A stretch of 64,000 nucleotides of DNA from an uncultured Candidatus Saccharibacteria bacterium. Its GTDB lineage: Bacteria > Patescibacteriota > Minisyncoccia > Phycocordibacterales > UBA5272. Where the stretch lies: positions 142,758 through 206,757 of the forward strand of contig CAZUPO010000001.1 in the NCBI GenBank assembly GCA_964621595.1. Direction: 5' to 3'. Below are positions 47,823 to 58,125 of the stretch, in pieces (positions within the stretch are counted from its first letter, which is position 1; the number at the start of each line of letters is the position of its first letter). The notes beneath the pieces are model-generated. The model worked only from the letters and a program-made list of their open reading frames with translations. It had not been told where the DNA came from and searched no databases. Both the position numbers and the translations under genes were made by a program.

Positions 47823-48092
47823 ATGTTAGAATTGTCCCTACATATGTCAAACATAAACGTAGAGGTAAAGAAAAACGCAAACGAAAATGCACTTTCGCTC
47901 ATCCGTCGTTTCCAGAAGCGCGTTCAAGAATCAGGTGTGCTTCCTCGTGTTCGTGGCATTCGTTACAACGAACGAGTTCAAAGTGACTTGAAAGTAAAGC
48001 GTGCTCGCCTAAAGAAACTTACAAACCTTGAAAAATACCTAGTTGCGAAGCGCATGGGTAAGGTAATAGAGAAGAAGCGAGGACGAAAATAA
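47823..48092 (+). CDS. rpsU: 30S ribosomal protein S21
   Basis: ENALSLIRRFQKRVQESGVLPRVRGIRYNERVQSD resembles the S21 core, with a basic C-terminus. The start is perhaps at 47844 (MSNINVEV). Confidence 0.7.
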   Translation: MLELSLHMSNINVEVKKNANENALSLIRRFQKRVQESGVLPRVRGIRYNERVQSDLKVKRARLKKLTNLEKYLVAKRMGKVIEKKRGRK

Positions 48093-48098
48093 TCTAGT

Positions 48099-48539
48099 AT
48101 GGCATTCCGTGAGTTCAAGAATCTCACTATAGTCCGTAAAAATGGCCCGATCCCTGTCGTGCCATTTTTGCGTATGAAGGAGTTAATTCTGGGTAAACAG
48201 TATGCCCTTACAATTATTTTTGCCCGACCAGAGGAAGTTCGCGTTCGTAATAAAGAGTATCGCGGAAAAGATTACACCACCAATGTCCTTTCCTTTCCTC
48301 TATCAGAAACTGAAGGTGAGGTCTATATATCTCTCTCAAAAGTACGATCAGGCGCAAAAGATTTTGACATGTCGTACCAAGAATTCCTTCATTTCCTTCT
48401 CATTCATGGAATGCTTCATTTGAAAGGATACGATCATAGTAGTACAATGGAGAAACTAGAGGGAAACTACCTCAAGAAATTTTTCCGTGGCACGCACTAC
48501 AAAAGAAATGATCGTGGGACTAGACATCGGGAGCGGTAG
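48099..48539 (+). CDS. ybeY: rRNA maturation endoribonuclease YbeY
   Basis: HGMLHLKGYDH zinc-binding motif. Confidence 0.85.
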   Translation: MAFREFKNLTIVRKNGPIPVVPFLRMKELILGKQYALTIIFARPEEVRVRNKEYRGKDYTTNVLSFPLSETEGEVYISLSKVRSGAKDFDMSYQEFLHFLLIHGMLHLKGYDHSSTMEKLEGNYLKKFFRGTHYKRNDRGTRHRER

Positions 48540-49656
48540 CTTGCGCGCCCTTGGTGCTGTGCATGAAGAAGGTGCTCGCTTTCCAAGTGTTGTCGCAACA
48601 TACAAAAAAGCAATCGAGGGTGTTGATCGTGGAACTGTCGTTAACGTAACCGAAGTAGCAAACGAAATAATTGAAGCAGTAGAATCACTTGAAGAGCAGT
48701 CCGGTTTGCGTAGTGCTCATACCCTTATTTCTCTTGGAGCAATTGGTCTTGGGTCGTCTCATTCAAACGGGCAAACGCAAGTCTCACGTGGAGATGCGTC
48801 TGTTACGGAACTTGATATCGAGCACGCGATAAAAGATGGTCATGGCGGAATACCTGACATACGTAATAAATCTGTTGTTCATAGTATTCCAATGAAATAC
48901 AAGGTGGATGGAAATGACACACCAGGTGAAATCATCGGTGTGCGAGGAAATAAACTTGAGGTAAAAACACTCTTCATTACCTACCCACTACAATGTATGA
49001 ATAGTTTGAAGAAGGCGCTTGATATGGCACACGTGCGTGTGACCGACATTGTTGCTGGACCGATTGCGGAAAGTATTCCCCTCCTTTCCAAAAAACAAAA
49101 AATGGCTGGTGTAGCACTTGTAAATATAGGAGCGCAAGTGACCTCAATTCTTGTGTACGAAAATAACACACCGTTACTTGTATCGACAATTGCCGTGGGT
49201 GGAGATGACATCACGCGAGATATTGCCCTTGGTTTAAAAACAACTTTAGAAGACGCTGAAGATATCAAATGTGGTAGATCAACGCAACTATATCCAAAAC
49301 GACGTCTCGAGGAAATAATAGAAGCACGCCTAGAAGATATCTGTACAAAAATAACTAAAGAATTTTCTCGTATACAACGAGCAGAGTTACTACCGGCAGG
49401 AATAATTATCTGTGGATCATCATCACTAACACCGTCACTTGAAGTAGTATTTCGACGTGAACTAAAACTTCCAATAAAAATTATTCGTGATGAATTACGA
49501 AAAATTACCGGAGATAAGGTTCGTGATAGTGGATGGGCTCGAAGTTACGGTTTAGCATTCCTGGCGCCACATGATACAGAAAAAGATGTTTTAGCTGAGG
49601 TACTGACATCATTTTTTACTCGTGTCAAGAAGTCACTAAGTCAATTTTTACCTTAA
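48508..49656 (+). CDS. ftsA: cell division protein FtsA
   Basis: Actin-fold motifs (IVGLDIGSGSL, VNIGAQVTSILV, GGD). It overlaps the ybeY 3' end; the track ORF starts at 48487. Confidence 0.85.
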   Translation: MIVGLDIGSGSLRALGAVHEEGARFPSVVATYKKAIEGVDRGTVVNVTEVANEIIEAVESLEEQSGLRSAHTLISLGAIGLGSSHSNGQTQVSRGDASVTELDIEHAIKDGHGGIPDIRNKSVVHSIPMKYKVDGNDTPGEIIGVRGNKLEVKTLFITYPLQCMNSLKKALDMAHVRVTDIVAGPIAESIPLLSKKQKMAGVALVNIGAQVTSILVYENNTPLLVSTIAVGGDDITRDIALGLKTTLEDAEDIKCGRSTQLYPKRRLEEIIEARLEDICTKITKEFSRIQRAELLPAGIIICGSSSLTPSLEVVFRRELKLPIKIIRDELRKITGDKVRDSGWARSYGLAFLAPHDTEKDVLAEVLTSFFTRVKKSLSQFLP

Positions 49657-49765
49657 ATTACAAAGGTTTTTTGAGAAAACGGTCATTTTCCCTTCATTTT
49701 GCAAAAGTTACCATAAGTTGGTATAGTTAGAGCATATAAAAAAGAGATTTAATAAAGCACGTCCT

Positions 49766-50986
49766 ATGGCCAAAGTTAACCCTGAAATTGAAAGTTTCGC
49801 ACGCATTAAAGTAATCGGAATTGGTGGTTCTGGAAAAGGAGCACTTAACCACATGATCAACTCAAAACTTCAAGGGGTTGAATTCATCGCGATGAATACA
49901 GACACACAAGATCTTCATCACTCTTTGGCTGAAAAGAAAATTCACATTGGTAAAAATCTCACAAAAGGACTTGGCGCTGGAATGGATCCAGAAGTAGGTA
50001 AGCGTTCAGCAGAAGAAACAAAAGAAGAAATCCAAGATGTACTCAAAGGCTCGGACATGGTCTTTATTGCAGGTGGTATGGGAGGAGGAACAGGAACTGG
50101 TGCTGCTCCTGTTGTTGCATCAATTGCAAAGAACGAAGGCATCCTCACAGTTGGTGTAGTCACCAAACCTTTCTTCTTCGAAGGTGCGTCACGCATGAAG
50201 TTAGCAGAACGTGGACTCGAGGAACTTGAAAAGGAGGTGGACGCTCTTATCGTTATCCCTAACGACCGTCTTCTTTCTATTATCGACAAGAACACTTCAG
50301 TGAAGCAAGCGTTTGAGATGTGTGATGAGGTGTTGAAACAAGCCGTTGAGGGTATTTCTGACATTATTCGTACAGCAGGAACGATCAACCTCGACTTTGC
50401 TGATATCAAGCGCATTCTCAAAGACTCAGGAACAGCACTTATGGGTGTAGGACGTGGTGTTGGTGAAAATCGTGCGCGGGAGGCAGCAGTTGCAGCAGTA
50501 AACTCCCCTCTTCTGGATGTCTCTATTCATGGAGCGAAAGGTGTTCTCTTTGCAATTTACGGCGCTGAAGACCTTGGAATGCTCGAGGTGCAAGAGGCTG
50601 CTAAGATCATCACTGAATCTGTAGACAAGGACGCAAAGATCATCTTTGGTATCGCAATTGATAGTTCACTCAAAAAAGACGAGATTAAAGTAACTGTGAT
50701 CGCAACAGGCTTCCCTACAACATTCTCTTCACGTGCAACAGGAAATATGGCTACGGAACGAAAAGAACCTACTATCATCAAGCCAGAGCCACGCGTTGAG
50801 AAAAATGAAACGGTTCGTCAAGCAATCAATGAAGAAAAGCGCATTGATCATGTTGTAGAAGAAGCGAAAGTTGTCGAGGACGACGATTCGAAAAAAGCCA
50901 CTGGTAAGAAGACTGTGTTTAAATTCGAGGACGACGAAGATGATGACTGGGAAGCATTACCACCATTCCTTCGTCGCAAGAAGTAA
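49766..50986 (+). CDS. ftsZ: cell division protein FtsZ
   Basis: Tubulin signature GGGTGTGAAPVVA, T7 loop and an acidic C-terminal tail. Confidence 0.97.
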   Translation: MAKVNPEIESFARIKVIGIGGSGKGALNHMINSKLQGVEFIAMNTDTQDLHHSLAEKKIHIGKNLTKGLGAGMDPEVGKRSAEETKEEIQDVLKGSDMVFIAGGMGGGTGTGAAPVVASIAKNEGILTVGVVTKPFFFEGASRMKLAERGLEELEKEVDALIVIPNDRLLSIIDKNTSVKQAFEMCDEVLKQAVEGISDIIRTAGTINLDFADIKRILKDSGTALMGVGRGVGENRAREAAVAAVNSPLLDVSIHGAKGVLFAIYGAEDLGMLEVQEAAKIITESVDKDAKIIFGIAIDSSLKKDEIKVTVIATGFPTTFSSRATGNMATERKEPTIIKPEPRVEKNETVRQAINEEKRIDHVVEEAKVVEDDDSKKATGKKTVFKFEDDEDDDWEALPPFLRRKK

Positions 50987-51007
50987 TTACTAGTGGAATA
51001 ATCATAG

Positions 51008-51049
51008 AGTCAAAACATAATACCCTTCTACAGAAGGGTATTATGTTTT
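51008..51049. terminator. perfect 15-bp hairpin TCAAAACATAATACCC-loop-GGGTATTATGTTTTGA downstream of ftsZ
   Basis: Seen directly; the 3' arm ends in UUUUG, so it is a probable ftsZ terminator. Confidence 0.5.
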
Positions 51050-51160
51050 GACCGTGGTTACACCAGTTACATTACCATGTATTCTACAAAAATTTACAAC
51101 TTCCCCACTCCTAGGCTATACTAATATTCCACATACCAACTAATTACTACTAACCACCTT

Positions 51161-52075
51161 ATGTACGACCTTATTATCATCGGCGGAGGACCAGCAGGAA
51201 CCGCAGCCGCAGTATACGCAGCCCGAAAACAGTTAAAGACACTTCTTATTGTAAAAGAATGGGGTGGCCAATCAACTGTTTCTGATGATATTCAGAACTG
51301 GATTGGTACTCCACATATTTCTGGAATAAAACTTGCCGAAGCACTCAAGAGTCATGTTCTAGAATACAAGAGTGACATACTAGAAATAGCGGAAGGAAAC
51401 TACGTAACAAATATCTCTGGAACAGAAGGCAACTTCACTGTCACGCTTGAGGGCGGTGCAACTAAAAATGGTAAAACAATTCTCATTGCAACAGGATCAT
51501 CACGTAGAAAATTAGAGATCCCTGGTGCTAATACATTTGAAAATAAAGGTATCACCTACTGCGCATCATGTGATGGACCACTATTTGGAGGCATGGATGT
51601 CGTGGTTGTTGGTGGAGGAAATGCTGGATTTGAATCTGCGGCCCAACTCCTTGCATATTGTAAAAGTGTCACCCTGCTCTCTCGTAGTGAGCCGCGAGCG
51701 GATGAAATAACCGTAAAAAAACTCCTCGAGAAACCAAACTTTAAACTCGTAACATTTGCTACCCCGAAAGAAATTACAGGTTCTGTGTTTGTGGAATCAA
51801 TTACGTACACCGATAAGGATGGAAAAGATACGACACTTCCCGTTGCTGCTGTGTTTGTCGAAATTGGCCAGATCCCAGCAACGGACTTTGCAAAAGATCT
51901 AGTTAAACGCAATGAATTAAACCAAGTCATCATCGACCCTCGAACCCAAGAAACAAGTACAAAGGGCGTTTGGTCAGCGGGAGACTGTACTGATGTTCTC
52001 TACCACCAAAATAACATCGCCGCAGGAGACGCAGTGCGTGCACTCGAAGACATATACCTCCACATTCATGCATAA
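51161..52075 (+). CDS. trxB: thioredoxin reductase (NAD(P)H-dependent FAD flavoprotein)
   Basis: FAD motif IIGGGPAGTAAAVYAAR, redox CASCDG (CxxC) and NAD motif VVGGGNAG. Confidence 0.85.
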   Translation: MYDLIIIGGGPAGTAAAVYAARKQLKTLLIVKEWGGQSTVSDDIQNWIGTPHISGIKLAEALKSHVLEYKSDILEIAEGNYVTNISGTEGNFTVTLEGGATKNGKTILIATGSSRRKLEIPGANTFENKGITYCASCDGPLFGGMDVVVVGGGNAGFESAAQLLAYCKSVTLLSRSEPRADEITVKKLLEKPNFKLVTFATPKEITGSVFVESITYTDKDGKDTTLPVAAVFVEIGQIPATDFAKDLVKRNELNQVIIDPRTQETSTKGVWSAGDCTDVLYHQNNIAAGDAVRALEDIYLHIHA

Positions 52076-52094
52076 GAGCACACTATTGCATTAG

Positions 52095-52124
52095 AAAAAG
52101 CGGAGGAGGACTCCGCTTTTTCTA
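52095..52124 (+). terminator. intrinsic terminator AAAAAGCGGAG-GAGGA-CTCCGCTTTTT
   Basis: 7-bp stem then a T-run, after trxB. Confidence 0.75.
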
Positions 52125-52203
52125 TCTAGAATAGAGTATAGAAAAAAATTTTATAAAAAACAAGACTTACAAAACTAAGCGCTGGTGATATCATTATAAC
52201 CAC

Positions 52204-53943
52204 ATGCAAAAATATACTTATTTAACAAAAGAGGCTTGGAAATTACTCCGACCATTCCATCGGTATTTTTATATTCACCTTGTGATGATATTTTTAATCT
52301 CGGCCATTGGAGTCTACGTTGTTACTGTCGAAGGAAGAATATTTACAGCTATAGCAAACAAGGATATTCAAAATTTTTACCACATACTGATAACACTTGT
52401 AGGTCTTTACACAGTACTTACAGTAGTAACATTCCTACGAGAATACAATGAGAAGAGTCGACTAGACCATGATATCGCCCAACATCTTCAACATGTTTCA
52501 TTTTCCAAGATATTACACCTCACCGTAGAACAGCACATAGAAGATCATTCAGCCATCAAGCAGCAGATCATCGTCCGTGGAGAAAATGCTGTCGAGGCGA
52601 TAATAAAAGCCTATATTAATGACTTTTTCCCAAACATACTTTACATCATACTAAGTCTTGTGGCCCTTACGTACTACAATATCTATGTCGGACTTGCTAG
52701 TTTTTTCTTTGCATTTATCTTGGCCCTATGGATGAATCATTTTTTGAATTTTTATAAACCTCTCGTGAAGAAGAATCGTGATAACTGGACCGAACAAGGT
52801 AGAACAAGAACTGAGGCATTCACACACCTGCAACTCATTAAACTACTAGGAAGAGAAGACTACTTTATTACGAAGTATCTTGAGAAGCGAAAAGGATTTG
52901 CCAATTTTGGAAAATATATAAATATTCTTGCGGTGCGACACCGAGGTAAAAAGAATGCCTACTCAGAAGGCTCACAACTTATACTACTTATTACCGTTGG
53001 ATTACTTACATTTACCGGGGGTATTAATCTCGCAACCGTATATGTTGTTTGGTATCTTGTGGCCAGATTGTTTTGGGCAGTCTCTGGACTTTCTAATGCA
53101 TTACGAGACCTACCTCTACGCTACACAGAGTCAGAACAATACTTCGAGGCAATAGAAAAGAAGCCTTTATTTAGTGAATCTGGGGTAAAGGATATCGACT
53201 TCATGGCACCTATTACATTTACCAATGTCACATTTTCATATCCAAAATCAACACAACCTGTCTTTACCAATCTTTCTTGTACAATACTTCCTGGCAAAGT
53301 AACTGCTTTTGTTGGATCTTCTGGCTCTGGAAAATCTACCATTGTTAAGTTACTACTGCGAGCATACTCGTACTCAACCGGAAATATTACCCTTGGAGAC
53401 ACTGAATTACAAAAGATTGATGCTCACCACCTACGAGAACATATTGGCTACGTGGAACAGCATGTTGATTTGCTTGATGATACAGTTCTTGAAAATATCC
53501 TTATTGGTGTTCCCACAAACAAACGACACGAAGCAGAGAAAAAGATAGACGAGATTGCAAAACTTACCCGTATTGACCAATTTTATGCCCGACTTGGAGA
53601 GAAAAAGTTTACTACCATTGTGGGAGAACGTGGCATTAAACTCTCTGGTGGTGAACGACAGAGAATCGGTATTGCGCGAGCAATTATCAAGAACCCTGAG
53701 ATACTTATCTTCGATGAAGCAACATCTTCTCTCGATACTGAAAATGAGAAGTACGTAATGGAAGCAATTGATAATGTTTCCAAAGGAAAGACAACAATAA
53801 TTATTGCTCATCGTCTCTCCACGATACGAAATGCTGATAAAATTATAGTAATGGACAAAGGGAAACTGGTTGGGCAAGGAACTCATGATGAACTACTTGC
53901 AACAAACGACGTATACAAAAACCTTGTTGCTCATCAACTCTAA
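52204..53943 (+). CDS. ABC transporter, fused permease/ATP-binding protein (type I exporter)
   Basis: An N-terminal 6-TM domain, then Walker A GSSGSGKST, signature LSGGERQRIGIARA and Walker B ILIFDEATS. Confidence 0.9.
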   Translation: MQKYTYLTKEAWKLLRPFHRYFYIHLVMIFLISAIGVYVVTVEGRIFTAIANKDIQNFYHILITLVGLYTVLTVVTFLREYNEKSRLDHDIAQHLQHVSFSKILHLTVEQHIEDHSAIKQQIIVRGENAVEAIIKAYINDFFPNILYIILSLVALTYYNIYVGLASFFFAFILALWMNHFLNFYKPLVKKNRDNWTEQGRTRTEAFTHLQLIKLLGREDYFITKYLEKRKGFANFGKYINILAVRHRGKKNAYSEGSQLILLITVGLLTFTGGINLATVYVVWYLVARLFWAVSGLSNALRDLPLRYTESEQYFEAIEKKPLFSESGVKDIDFMAPITFTNVTFSYPKSTQPVFTNLSCTILPGKVTAFVGSSGSGKSTIVKLLLRAYSYSTGNITLGDTELQKIDAHHLREHIGYVEQHVDLLDDTVLENILIGVPTNKRHEAEKKIDEIAKLTRIDQFYARLGEKKFTTIVGERGIKLSGGERQRIGIARAIIKNPEILIFDEATSSLDTENEKYVMEAIDNVSKGKTTIIIAHRLSTIRNADKIIVMDKGKLVGQGTHDELLATNDVYKNLVAHQL

Positions 53944-54275
53944 GAAACTGACAACGCTACGTCTATCCACTCTTGCAGCAATTCTCTTTCTTCTAGTACA
54001 TCTCCTGGTACTAAAAAGTAATTCATCGTTTGGATCTTTTTCTTGCCAGTTGTTTTGTCCTTCTTTGTGTAAGAAAATTTTTTAGAACCTCTCTCTAGGT
54101 ACCACTTCTCTGTATTCTTTGCCCCCTTAAACCACAAGGTCTCATCATCAACGATTGCAAACACTTTTCCTTTGCTATAGAGAACAAACCCTCCCATCAT
54201 CGCGCGAGCCGTAACCTGAAGTGACTCATCAAGAGCATCGTACTGTACGTAATCTAAAAATGAACTCCTTTTCAT
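53940..54275 (-). CDS. TfoX N-terminal-domain protein
   Basis: MMGGFVLYSKGKVFAIVDDETLWFKG resembles TfoX_N (MFGGYGLY.DGKMFA...). Start set at MKRSSF, giving an ATGA overlap with the upstream NRAMP gene. Confidence 0.55.
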   Translation of the reverse strand: MKRSSFLDYVQYDALDESLQVTARAMMGGFVLYSKGKVFAIVDDETLWFKGAKNTEKWYLERGSKKFSYTKKDKTTGKKKIQTMNYFLVPGDVLEERELLQEWIDVALSVS

Positions 54276-55552
54276 GCAAGTAGAAAAAACAGTGTAAGAA
54301 TACTTGCAACCCCCATAACGCCTGTTATAATCCATCCGAGGAAACTCTGCAATTTTGTATTCTTCCATTCACCCATGATTTTTTCTTGTGATGAAATATA
54401 CACAATAATAAAAAGCAGTACTGGTGCTATTACTCCATTTAAAACAGCAGAATAAAAAAGTGCTTTCATTGGTGGCAATCCAGAGAACAACATAAGTAGA
54501 CCAAGAGCCATGGAAACGATAATAATAAGATAAAATGCTTTTGCTTCCTTGTATGTGTATCCAAGTCCCTGTCGTACATTTAAAGCCTCTGCGAGTGCAT
54601 ACGCGCTTGATCCGGCTAAAATAGGAACGGCAAGCAAGCCTGTACCAACAATACCGAGGGTGAAGAGTAAGTATGCCTTATCCCCTGCAATAGGAAGGAG
54701 GGCTTTTGCAGCATCTCCGGCTGTTTCAATAGATGTAATCCCCTCAGGATACAGCACCGACCCACACACGGTGATAATGAAAAACATAACCAGGTTGGAA
54801 AAAAACATCCCCGACCACACATCGAAACGCATGTCGCTCATCGCTATATCATTTCGAATATTTGTATCTACGGCATCAAAATCATTATGCAATTTTTTTG
54901 CACTACGTTTTTCTTCTACTTCCTGTGAAGTTTGCCAAAAGAACAAATATGGTGAAATAGTTGTACCTAGCAAAGCACAAATAAGAATTATGGCATCCTT
55001 AGACCATGTAATGTGCGGCACAAACATATGATGAAGGACTTCGTTCCAGTCTAAATCAACAATGAATGCTGCTGCAATATAAAAAACGAGTGAGAATGAA
55101 AGATACTTTATATAGTGAGCATATTTGTAGTACGGCACAAAAACTTGTAGTGTAAGCGAAAATAATGTAAAAAACAGAACCACGCTTACTAGAGAAACCT
55201 GCGGGAATAGCAACTGTACCGCCTCACCAACAGCACTCATATCAGCTCCAATATTAAAGGTATTGGCAACCACAAGCAGTATGGTTGTCACGTAGAGCAC
55301 ATACTTTGGCATGTACGTACGTATGGCAGAGGCAAGTCCCTTGCCTGTAACAATACCAAGCCGTGCACACATTTCCTGAATAATAGCCATAAAGGGAAAT
55401 GTGAACAGTGACATCCAAAGAAATGTGAAACCGTGCCCTGCTCCGGCTTGAGAATACGTTGCTATTCCTGATGGATCATCATCCGCGGCACCAGTAACAA
55501 CACCTGGTCCGATCTTTTTCCAGTACGCCTTGAACTTATGTAGTAATTCCAT
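54272..55552 (-). CDS. mntH: NRAMP-family divalent metal (Mn/Fe) transporter
   Basis: GPGVVTGAADDDPSGIATYSQAGA motif and 11-12 TM. Start set at MELLHKF; the track ORF extends to 55615. Confidence 0.8.
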   Translation of the reverse strand: MELLHKFKAYWKKIGPGVVTGAADDDPSGIATYSQAGAGHGFTFLWMSLFTFPFMAIIQEMCARLGIVTGKGLASAIRTYMPKYVLYVTTILLVVANTFNIGADMSAVGEAVQLLFPQVSLVSVVLFFTLFSLTLQVFVPYYKYAHYIKYLSFSLVFYIAAAFIVDLDWNEVLHHMFVPHITWSKDAIILICALLGTTISPYLFFWQTSQEVEEKRSAKKLHNDFDAVDTNIRNDIAMSDMRFDVWSGMFFSNLVMFFIITVCGSVLYPEGITSIETAGDAAKALLPIAGDKAYLLFTLGIVGTGLLAVPILAGSSAYALAEALNVRQGLGYTYKEAKAFYLIIIVSMALGLLMLFSGLPPMKALFYSAVLNGVIAPVLLFIIVYISSQEKIMGEWKNTKLQSFLGWIITGVMGVASILTLFFLLA

Positions 55553-55658
55553 AGTTCTTAGAAGTATAGCGAAAGTATGGGAAATATGACAAGGAGAACG
55601 CACAGGTTTATACACAGAGGACGAGCAAAATTATATCATATGTGATATAATTATTCTT

Positions 55659-57173
55659 ATGTCACCAAATGATCAAGAAAAAATAGGTCTTTTTATAAAG
55701 AAGTTGCGTGAGGAACGCGGTATGACCCAAGAAGACTTCGCAAAACGTCTGAAGACTTCTCAGTCAGCAGTTGCACGCATAGAAAGTGGTAATCAAAATG
55801 TAACTGTAGAGCAGCTCCTGAAGATTGGAGAAGTCTTGAAGCATAATATCATTGGCATCCAAGACACGATTGACTTCCAGGTTGAGGGTGGAAGGAAACT
55901 TCATGGAAGCATTTCGACCAATACTTCAAAAAATGGAGCGATCAATATGATGGTGGCCGCTCTTGTCAACGAAGGTACGACTATTCTGCGTGATATTCCT
56001 CATATCGAAGAAGTGAACCGCTACAAAGAACTACTAGAAAGTGTCGGGGTTAAGATTAGATGGATATACGATGATACGGCGCTAGAAATTAATCCTCCAA
56101 AAAAACTATCGTTTGCAACTATCGACGCCTCGGTCGCTGAAAAAATACGATCATTCACCTTTGCGGGAGCATTTATTCATTATGGTAAAACATTTAAAAT
56201 CCCCCATTCTGGTGGATGTAAGATGGGTGAACGAACAGTTGCTTCACATAAATATGCCCTTGATTATCTCGGGGTTAGTATAGAAACCAAAGATAATCAC
56301 TACGTTATTTCACATAAACATCTTCATCCTGGTGTAATACCGCTATATGAATCCTCTGATACTGGAGCAATTACTGCTATCATTGCTGCCGCTAGAATAC
56401 CTGGAAAAACAACGATCATGTTTGCACCCCCTAACTATCAAGTGCAGGATGTGTGTTTCTTACTTGAGCGTTTCGGTATCACTATTGAAGGAATTGGAAC
56501 AACGACGCTCATTGTTCATGGAAAAGAAAAAGTTCATACTACGGTTGAGCACTTTAACAGTGAAGACCCGATAGAGAGTATGTTTTTCCTTTCTGCTGGA
56601 ATCGTAACTCGATCAACTTTGACTGTGAAGCGTTGCCCTATTCTTTTTCTCACCCTTGAATTAGAAAAATTGAAACGCATGGGCCTTAAGTATAAAGTGT
56701 CTAAAGAGTACATGGCAAAAAATGGTCGCACTATTCTTGCAGATATAACTGTACAACCTTCACATCTCGTGGCACCTCATGACAAGATTCACACCCAACC
56801 ATATCCGGGGATTAATAATGATAACCTCCCCTTCTTTGTTCCTGTTTGTACATTTGCTGAAGGTCAAACGCTCATTCACGATTGGACGTGGGAAAACAGA
56901 GCAATCTATTTCACAGAACTGAATCGTCTTGGTGCAGAGGTAAAATTACTTGATCCACACCGTGCACTGGTAAATGGGGTGCAACGCCTTCGTGGAGCAC
57001 AGATTGTATCTCCCCCGGCACTGCGCCCTACTGCCATTATTTTGATTGCTATGCTCGCAGCCGAGGGTACGTCACTTCTTCGAAACGTATACTCCATTAA
57101 GCGTGGTTATGCTGATATCGCTGAGAGATTGAACTCTATAGGTGCAAAAATTACTGTATTGCGAGGAGTGTAG
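55659..57173 (+). CDS. murA: UDP-N-acetylglucosamine 1-carboxyvinyltransferase (MurA) with an N-terminal XRE-type HTH domain fused
   Basis: Residues 1-66 are an XRE-type HTH (LFIKKLREERGMTQEDFAKRLKTSQSAVARIESGNQNVTVEQLLKI). The rest is MurA/EPT fold with the catalytic Cys loop SGGCKMGERTV and the C-terminal RGYADIAERLNSIGAKI. Confidence 0.8.
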   Translation: MSPNDQEKIGLFIKKLREERGMTQEDFAKRLKTSQSAVARIESGNQNVTVEQLLKIGEVLKHNIIGIQDTIDFQVEGGRKLHGSISTNTSKNGAINMMVAALVNEGTTILRDIPHIEEVNRYKELLESVGVKIRWIYDDTALEINPPKKLSFATIDASVAEKIRSFTFAGAFIHYGKTFKIPHSGGCKMGERTVASHKYALDYLGVSIETKDNHYVISHKHLHPGVIPLYESSDTGAITAIIAAARIPGKTTIMFAPPNYQVQDVCFLLERFGITIEGIGTTTLIVHGKEKVHTTVEHFNSEDPIESMFFLSAGIVTRSTLTVKRCPILFLTLELEKLKRMGLKYKVSKEYMAKNGRTILADITVQPSHLVAPHDKIHTQPYPGINNDNLPFFVPVCTFAEGQTLIHDWTWENRAIYFTELNRLGAEVKLLDPHRALVNGVQRLRGAQIVSPPALRPTAIILIAMLAAEGTSLLRNVYSIKRGYADIAERLNSIGAKITVLRGV

Positions 57174-57226
57174 AAGTGACAGATGTTGGGTTGTAGGTAT
57201 TAGGCGTTAGTAAATACTTAGTAAAT

Positions 57227-57264
57227 ACAATGAGCGCGCCTGCGGCGCGCTCATTGTATTTTTA
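57227..57264. terminator. bidirectional intrinsic terminator ACAATGAGCGCGCC-TGC-GGCGCGCTCATTGT followed by ATTTTTAT
   Basis: Perfect 14-bp stem between convergent murA and the histidine kinase. Confidence 0.8.
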
Positions 57265-57307
57265 TGTATCTGTATTCTTCTACAACCTAACACCTGAAAC
57301 CTACAAA

Positions 57308-58108
57308 CTAATCCAAGGTCACCCGTCCCTCTTTTCGTTGCATGCCATGTTTAGGCATACGTACGTAGAATGTAGATCCTACATCTTGTTTGGATTCAAA
57401 CCATACATCACCACCTACTTTTGCAATGATACAAGAAACCATGTAGAGACCAAGTCCTGCTCCCGCCCCTTCTACTTCACCAGAATTACTTCCCTTAAAG
57501 AATTCTGAGAAGATTTTCTCTTTGTCAGATTCTGGTATACCTATTCCATTGTCTTTGACCGAAATCAAAAAACTATCTTCAGGAAAGGCTTTTCCAGCAA
57601 CTTGAGACCCTTGTGGGAACTCCTTAATGCTTAGTTCTACTTCAGAATTTTCTTTAGAGAACGCGATTGCATTAAGGAGCAGGGTGCGTATAAGGACGAG
57701 ACAAATTTTTTTGTCCGCCTGAACACTCGCAAGCATTCCTGGAACAGCACCTTCGTATTGTTCGCGTATACATATCCCTTTACGAGCACTCGAAGGGCTG
57801 ACCTCTTGGAGAGCATCTTTTACGATGAAGCGTAAGTCAATCTCTACTGGTGTAACACTAAAAGTACCCAGACTAAGTCTGGATACATTTAGTATTGATC
57901 GTATAAGATCAATAGCGCGTATATTGCTTGCCTGAATAACGTTTAGATACTTTTTTTGTTCTTCATTTAGTTCGCCGCAATCACCATCGAGCAGCATTTC
58001 CGTATACCATTTGGTTATAGAAAGTGGTGTTCGTAGTTCATGGGCTACGACAGAGAGAAATTGCTCTTCTCCGTTGTTATGAGGATGTTCTTCACGTGTA
58101 TCAGACAT
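57308..58108 (-). CDS. histidine kinase core (HisKA plus HATPase_c), no sensor or TM domain
   Basis: H-box VVAHELRTPLS, and N, G1 (VKDNGIGIP) and G2 (GAGLGL) boxes. 266 aa and cytoplasmic; no response regulator in the window. Confidence 0.8.
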   Translation of the reverse strand: MSDTREEHPHNNGEEQFLSVVAHELRTPLSITKWYTEMLLDGDCGELNEEQKKYLNVIQASNIRAIDLIRSILNVSRLSLGTFSVTPVEIDLRFIVKDALQEVSPSSARKGICIREQYEGAVPGMLASVQADKKICLVLIRTLLLNAIAFSKENSEVELSIKEFPQGSQVAGKAFPEDSFLISVKDNGIGIPESDKEKIFSEFFKGSNSGEVEGAGAGLGLYMVSCIIAKVGGDVWFESKQDVGSTFYVRMPKHGMQRKEGRVTLD

Positions 58109-58125
58109 GCACTATTAGGAACGCG

